Positions 54,826 through 64,000 of a stretch of DNA of 64,000 nt are shown here, one piece after another. The notes beneath the pieces were generated by a model that was not told where the DNA came from, did no database searches, and was given only the letters and a program-made list of their open reading frames with translations. The first letter of the stretch is position 1; the number at the start of each line of letters is the position of its first letter. Source of the DNA: the human T2T-CHM13v2.0 reference genome, Homo sapiens; assembly GCF_009914755.1 (NCBI RefSeq), contig NC_060930.1; one strand, 5' to 3'. The translations under genes were made by a program, and so were the position numbers.

Positions 54826-57800
54826 TATGGCCATAATAATAAAATACAATTTGGAGCATGTACACAGAAAGACAGATTTGAGGAAAAGTATGTGCTTTCC
54901 TTGGTGTTAGAGCATTGGCAAATGTCTTTAATACTGTGACATTCAACTGTGAAAACCAATTATTACACAATTAGAAGCATCCTCAATTAGGGAAAGATTA
55001 GGTCATGTTTTTAAAACACCCACCAATATTTTCTGTCAATCCCATCTGTGACACGAATAAGAGAGACCCCAGTTAGCAGTTGTTTAAATCATTTTCCTAA
55101 TGCTGGCATCCGTCTCCTTGGAGACATCCATCAGAGACTTGTGTTAACATCTTTCAAGTTGCATCTGGATAGGACCAGTATGTGATCAGTGTATTGGTAC
55201 ATTTCACTGACAGACAATACAACATTTGCTTTCATTCTATCTTTAAACTTGTTTGTAATATATAAATACTTCATAATATATATGCCTATTTTTATTGGTG
55301 TAACCATAAGGACACAGCATGTTGATTATCAAAAGAAACTACCATATATTTAGCAACTTATCTTCTGGATGTAAGAAATTTATTTAAAAATTAAATTTTA
55401 GTACATGAAACTGGCTATGAATTTCAAAAAGTAAGGGAAATAGATAAATGCTATAATGTACATTTAAGGTAAAAGGAAAATGGGATGCTATCAAAAATCT
55501 TTATTATCTATATTTTTATATCTGTTTATAATTTAAATATGTTGCATTTTACAACTATACCATTCATTCTGAGCTAAATAAAACTGGAATTTAAGAAGAC
55601 AAAATACTCTAGAAATGCTTGTTATCTCTTAGGATCAAGGAAGAGAAAGTCTGGTGATGGGTGGGAGGAAAACATAAAAAATAAAATACTTAACACTGAC
55701 ATCCAATTCTGTAGTTTTAATGTAAATTATTTCATTCTTTGAATATTTTGTATTTTTAGCCTCAACTAAATAAACAGATTCGAATAGGTGTCTTGGACAA
55801 CTGCTAAGTGGGCAGTTGTCTAGAGCCAAGACACATAGGCAGAAACAGAGAAGAAAGACTAACTCAGATCTTCTGATTACAAGCACTGTTTGAAGACCTC
55901 CACAACTGCCTAGGAAAAATTAAAAAGAACAAGGTACAGCTTTAAGTTTAGGTTAGGTAAAGACATTTCTCTTAAAATCCTCAAAGCCATAACAACACTG
56001 ATGGTCTAAAATGCTAAAGGCAGGAGATGAGATTGGATGATCTTTAAAGGCTCTTTACAGACCCAAGATTCCATATAGCACCTGTTGGCTTCAGAATTGT
56101 TTATCATAAGCTCATGGTCATCAATATAATGCAATAGTTACTAAAATTTGCACGTTCAATAATGAATAAACTAAATAAAAACCTGGTTAGAAAAAGATAA
56201 TATTCATAACATTTCGAACATTAAAAGAATGAAAAGAAGAATTAACAAATAAGGAAAAATTTGTGTTCACCAAACATTTTGATGAATAGATAGTCTGAAT
56301 TTCTAAATACAATACTACTAGATTGGTCCCCTTTCTGTAAGTATTTCACAGCACTTGCTAAACATTAAATTAGAGCTTTGTTCAGCATGGCTGCTTGGTG
56401 AATATTAAATAATAAAAAAAATCAAAACACCACTATGAAGTCGAAGGGAATATTCCTTTTTACTGGATATTTTCCTTCATGTTTACAACTTTAATAAAAT
56501 TTAAGTGGTATATGCTATGCCTACCAACTGCTTAAAAATTAAAAAATGTGGTTGATGTTTTGTCATCTTAATCAAAATTTGCATTCCAGTTTCCTTGGGA
56601 AACTCCACATGCTGTTATACAACTAATCCTTCCACTACCTAGCCAAATAATTAATACCTTTACAAGCACATCATAAAATATAGATTAGTAAATAACTCAT
56701 TATACACTTAATTTCGATACTAATTGCCTACAGGCTTAATGAGCTCTTCATTGTAATAAGAAAACTGATGTTTATTTTTATTAGATATAACTTCTAAACA
56801 AAACACACTGTATCAATCTATGACCCAATTTGATGTTTAATTCTTACGGGGAAAATCTTACCATTGACTAGTGTTAAAAGATTTAAATTATTATTGTATA
56901 ATAAGGTGTTAAATTAGAAATTTTGACTGACACACCACAACACAAAAGATGATGAATTCTAAAATGGTGCAAGATTAAATTTACACACACACAAAAAAAG
57001 CAGGGTAAAACTAGTTCAGCTTAAGTGGATAAGAGAATATGATTGTGGGAGCTGAGAAGAGAAAGTGAAGGAGATATAAGTGGAAAACCACAGACAGGAG
57101 TAGAGTGGGTTGTGGCATCCTCCAAAACGAGAAGGGCCTTCAGCTGGGCCACTTTGAAAACCTGAACTATGAGCTCTGAGATCACTGGCCACAATGGGCT
57201 AATATCTGACTTGCCTATAAGTATAAAAGGTAGGGACAAGCCAGGTAGTGCAGACCAGGTAATGAGAGAAGTTACTATTACATTTGAATCAGCCTGTTTC
57301 CCACTGTTTGTCAGGACAAAACTTGTTCATCAAGGAGCAGATGCAGGCTATTCCTGAGAGAGCTATCCAAAGATCATGTTAGAATCTGTCAAATAATGCC
57401 TCCTAAAGGTTAATAGTTCTCGGTAGAGAAGAAACTACATGTAGGCCATTAGGTTTCTGAGATGAAGTGGAGTTCATTTGCTCTAGTCAAGTGAACTTTC
57501 TTGTGAGAGACCCAGCAGGGACTGGGATCCCTGAAGAACCTTCAGGGAGCCAATCAGCTCCAAATACCTGTCAGGCTTGGAGAGCAGGAGCCAACCAGGG
57601 ACATTACAGTCGAGAAGGAAATTTTCAGCCTCCCAACTTCTTTTCCCTCCACCCCCACCTCCCAACTAGATCTCCAACCACAGAAGCCTCAGAACTCTTT
57701 GCAAGATGGAGGAGAAGGAGCTGTGGAATACTGGCCTTCAGCTCTCCACCTTACCAGCATAGGTCCTCCCCTTTAGCAGGTACAGCTGTAGAAACTGGAA

Positions 57801-60800
57801 GCAACAGCAATTTTGGATAAATGTGGAGCTTTTGAAAATGACATGAAACTAGGCCTTCTAGTTATAGAATTAAATTTGTGTTTTACCACTTAGAGTGAGC
57901 TTTTCAGAGGTTAACAAAGAGCAGAAATGTCACAGAATAGCCTAGGTTCTAAACTAGGGGCAAGGAATGTTTCCCGAACCTCAATGCATTTGAAGTGACA
58001 CTGGGAGGAAAAAAAAAAAGATGATGTCTGATTAAATACAATGAGTTCTGTCTGTTCAACATAATAGTTAGACATGTTTTTAAATTTTAAAAATTGGTAT
58101 TGATAATTTGAAATGCCCCAAAACTTGAGATCCCTAGCTTTTAAATTAAGGAAAATGAGGCAATAGACCTAACTTTTTAAAAAATGCACTTTAAATTTTA
58201 GAACTTCCCCGGAAAATTTTTTTGGGGATCTCTAGATGAAGGTAAATATAATTTGATGATAAAAAGTCACATGGGCAGATCCTTCTAAATTTGTAAATGG
58301 CAAATCAAGCAAATTATGGAAGAATCAATGATTCTTCTCTGGGCAGTGACCTAAAACTCTTCTCTGGGCGATGCCTTAAAACTCTTTTCTTATTAGGAAA
58401 CCGTAAGGCCTCACTTCATTTAAAGGGAGAGGGAAAGTATTCAAATTTTACCTCAACTGAATTGCCTCCAGAGATCTGGGATTGAATTCTATTCACTAAG
58501 GCACATTTTGTGCAGAATTGCTTCAATGCCTGCCCTGAAAATAGCTTAATTTTAAGTCATTTGCTCTTTAAATGGAAGCTGGAAGCTTTTTGACTTGAAA
58601 ATAATATCAAACACGTAGAAAGGAGAGCTAGTTTCCTGATTAGAAACAATGAAAAAAATCATTTGAGACTGTCTCCCTTTTCTCCCTATTAAAACTATAA
58701 TAATCCCTTTGCCCATAAAGACAAGCCATAGATCAAATCCAGACAAGAGATAAGTCATTGGCAAGGTAGCATCAAAAACATTTTGGTAACATAGCTAGTT
58801 TATATTAACCAAATCTTATGGTGAGAATCTTTGGATGACTATGACAATTTACAGCATAGGTTATTTTGTCCCTTCTAAGTGTTTATTATTTGACCAACAT
58901 AATCTTAAATCAACTTATGTATCTTTTTCTCCATTTTCCAAGTTTAAAATAAATAATGCAGAAAGAATATATGTCTAGGAATATATATATATGTATGTAA
59001 TATATATATAATATTTATTATTGTAGCTTATTCCTTGCCTTTGTGTGCACCCATGAAATGCTAACTACTTTACTTGATGACACCGATATAGTTGTTTATG
59101 TGCAGTGTACTAAATGATGGTAATATAATTGGTAAAATTGGCTTTCACTTACCCACAATGCAACTACAAAATGAAATGACACAAACATTAGTCTCAGGAA
59201 TTCTGCCATGAAATCTGATTATTTGATTCTGTGTTAGTGACAGATACTGTATACCCTAATGACACATTAGAAGTAAGTAGCAACATTCAGAGACTGCTGT
59301 CTCTGCTTCAACTTTTTTAATGTTTTATTTTGAACAAGCTCTCCTAGAAAAAAAAATAACAGTGAAGAAAAACACCAGTTTTGTTTCCGTATTTCTTTTT
59401 AATCCTAATTTATGGTTAAAGTTCCGATGTTGTTATCGACAAAAAATAATATATGGACCAATGTGCAAGTTATATTGTTAACCTCACGTACATTTCTGAT
59501 TTACTGTGCCAAGAATCTAGAACTTAATAGAAGCAATGTTAATAGAACAGGAGTGGAGGGGCATACCCTGTGGCTTTATTAGTTTCTTAGTTTCCTTTAG
59601 TTCCCAGATATGGTCCCTCAGTTCCCAAACATGGAAAGCAGTTGCTGGTGACATGCTCCATGCAGATATTGTCCACCCAGAGTTAGAAAAACTGCTGAGT
59701 ACTTGTTGAATAATTGCTCTTTATACATCATCAAAAAGGACATGTCCTCAAAGTTAGTGCTCAAGTGTCCTTGAACATAAACCTCTGGGATTCATTCACC
59801 TCCTGCTTCAGAGATGCTTAGCATGGTGCCTGAAATATTATCTATCCATATATTACATATATAAGATATAATATTATCTATTAAGATAGATAGATAGAGA
59901 TAAAAATAGATTTATATATATATATCTCCCCTACCTCATCGAATATATACTGAGCCTGTCTTTGTTTATTGAATTTGTTGGGACACTACAAAGGTACATC
60001 AAAAGTAGATATGCTTCCCCCTCAAGAAATTTTATAAAGTCTTAGGAGAAAGTGGAAGGACTTATTATAACTCAAGAAATCAAGTCATCCACAAGCAGGA
60101 AATATTTAAACTGGGTTTTAGAGAAGTAATGCTTTTGGTTGTGAAAGTAGGCACAGACATTGGAAGTGATAGTGAATAGGAGAAGAACATCTCAGGCAGA
60201 GAGATAAACAGAGAGAAAGCAGATGGCCCATTACAAAAGTGTCTGAAAACATGTTCTCAGCATCACAGTCCTGATACGTTGAGCACTAAAGTTTCTGAAT
60301 GTGAAGTGCACAGTCAACCTTTCCTTTCCTAATGGGCAAGTCAGGTAAACTCAGTACACAGAATAGCTGAATATAAATGAATCTCTGGCAAGTTATAGAA
60401 CTACTATAAATGAACATCAAGGTTTTTTTTTTCACATTTCCTTTGGACACATATTAAACAGTTCCTTTTGGAATTAATTATGTAAAGAAAAAAGTATTTT
60501 CTTTTACATTTTAAAGACAAAGTGAGAAACGGTTATTCATTGCAAATGGTGTTAGAGAAAATTAAATGTCTAAAATGCATTTGCACAAGGATGCTATAAA
60601 CTGTTAAAATATCACCAGGTTTTTTTTTTAGCCTTTGCTAAAATTCTTGATTTATTAGCAGTTCAAGTAAAATAGAAAGAGCATTCTATTGTTTTTTGAT
60701 GGAACTAAATAATCACCACAAACTAATTGAATGATATGAAGTATTCAGGGTCTCTAAATTATGTTTTACTGTAACATTTTAAATATGTAATAACATTAAC

Positions 60801-61769
60801 AAGACTTGACCATTCAATTATAAATACATACAGAAATTACTTTAAAGTCTAGAACATTACAAAACAATTATCCTTTACATTTGTTCAGCCAGCAGCTTAA
60901 AAGCAAACCTATTTGGAACAGCTGGAGCCTAAAACTGACATTTGAAATCACAGAGGCAGTGTTTTAAAAACTGTACTTAAAGAAGCCCCAGTTTTATACT
61001 ATTTCTTCATCAACTACCCTGTTTAATGTTTTTGTCTCCTGAAAATGTGGGTCAGAATTTTTCTTTAAGAATTAAATAAGGGGCCAAGGTCAATCTGGGT
61101 GATTAATTTCAGATAGTAGGAGTAGTGTAATATATCTGAAGCATTTGTTCCTATTTTTTCCTGTTTATGGTGCCACCAGTCCAATTCTAACACTATTGCC
61201 TAAACTAATTGCTTCTTATTCCTCTTCCCCCCACCACCCTACACACACGTCAATACAAGCAAATTTGTAGCCATTCAGGTCAGTGCAAAATAATGAATTT
61301 TGTTTCAATACTGTCATACATCTGTTTCTAATATGTCTCGGATTCAGTATTATTGTTGTGTGAAATTTGCAGTAAAATCTTAAAATGGAACCTCCTTGCC
61401 TGGGATATGAACCGTGTAGTATTTCTTTTCTCTTATGAAAGCAGAAGGTGTTAATATATTGCCACAATTCTTAAGCAAAACTCACCAAGGAATTGATCTA
61501 GTCCAGTCTGTAGTATATCTGTAAATCATCACTTGAGGAATAAAGTATAAATAATCTCATCCTTGAAATAAAAATTCATTTGTTAAGGAATTCTACTAAC
61601 TTATGCTTTTAGTATGTGTGGCTTCCTAAATATATTAGCTAGGAAAATGTTTCTTTGAATTTTAAATATAGTAACAGGAAGAAATAACATAATTTACCAT
61701 TTGAAAGTCTTAATTGGAATGGGCAGATAACATAATTAAGATTTTGCAATGGCATATAAAATTCTTAGT

Positions 61770-62415
61770 GGATCAAATCACCCTTTTCACCAAAAGGGAA
61801 GCGTGGTGCATGATATTCCAATGATATAGCCAGAAAACCCAGATGCTCCTCTGTCCTTATCCAGCACTCATTGCGAAGGAGAAAAGTAGGATCCTTCAGG
61901 CAAGCGAAGAGTGTTACCTTCAGAGAGGGAAGAGGAAAGGTCTTCACAGGTGAAGCTTGTGTACACCTTTTAAAACAAGAGTAGTGGATAATTAAATGGA
62001 GAGATTACAGAGAAAAGAAGACAGTCAAGGACTAAATTTTGAAACTTCTGAATTTACAGAGAAGGAAAAAATGCATTCTAGGAGATGGGGAAGGAGCACA
62101 CAGTAAATCACATAGAAAATCAGGAATGTGTGGTGATTAAGGAAGCCGAGAGAAGATAATGTTTCATGGAAGAGGGAGTTACTGACTTTGTAAAGTACAC
62201 TGAGAGGTGGAGGTAGATTAGGACAAAGAAGGAACCATCCATTTTGCCAACATGAAACTGAAACTGATTGGTGACAGTTTTTGAGAAAGAGTAGAAACTA
62301 AAGCCTAACTAAAGTGGTGTGGAAAATGGAAGGTGAGGAGCTGGAGTCAGAAACCACAGACAACTCTTTTGAGAAACTTTGATGCATGGTAGCTAGAAGG
62401 AGAAATGAGGTCAAA
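61770..62415 (-). mobile_element. L2 LINE fragment
   Basis: Purine-rich antisense L2 text: gaaaatcaggaatgtgtggtgattaaggaagccgagagaaga...ctgagaggtggaggtagattaggac...acagacaactctttt. The start coordinate is uncertain. Confidence 0.6.
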
Positions 62416-62427
62416 GGTGGCTTTTAA

Positions 62428-63930
<1,503 letters not shown>

Positions 63931-64000
63931 ACAGGGGTTGACTTTTAAGATGAAAGGTAAGGATTTTGTATGATAGTGATGAGGATTTCAAAGAGAGTGA

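Overview
AT-rich, CpG-poor primate genomic DNA. It is almost certainly human, because it carries an AluYa5 with all five diagnostic substitutions. The window looks intronic or intergenic: I recognise no protein-coding exon, RNA gene or CpG island, and the supplied ORFs are either Alu-derived or chance ORFs. Much of it is interspersed repeat: 12 Alu/FLAM copies, MaLR and ERVL LTRs (MST, MLT1, MLT2), Tigger- and Charlie-family MITEs (MER47A x2, MER2, Tigger2a, MER5), and old L1, L2 and MIR fragments. The signal these repeats do not explain is a series of locally templated copies and fold-backs. These are: a ~260-bp inverted duplication with a 52-bp patch copied from a nearby MIR; a copy of an Alu 3' part plus its unique flank 1.45 kb away; a 56-bp fold-back inside an MSTB LTR; a 33-bp L2-derived patch inside an L1 5' end; and tandem duplications next to palindromes. 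There is also a plausible small exon-intron-exon unit at 49.1-49.3 kb. I found no evidence for a new protein-based system. Repeat family and subfamily names come from recalled consensus sequences and were not checked by alignment software. Boundaries of the old repeats are approximate.
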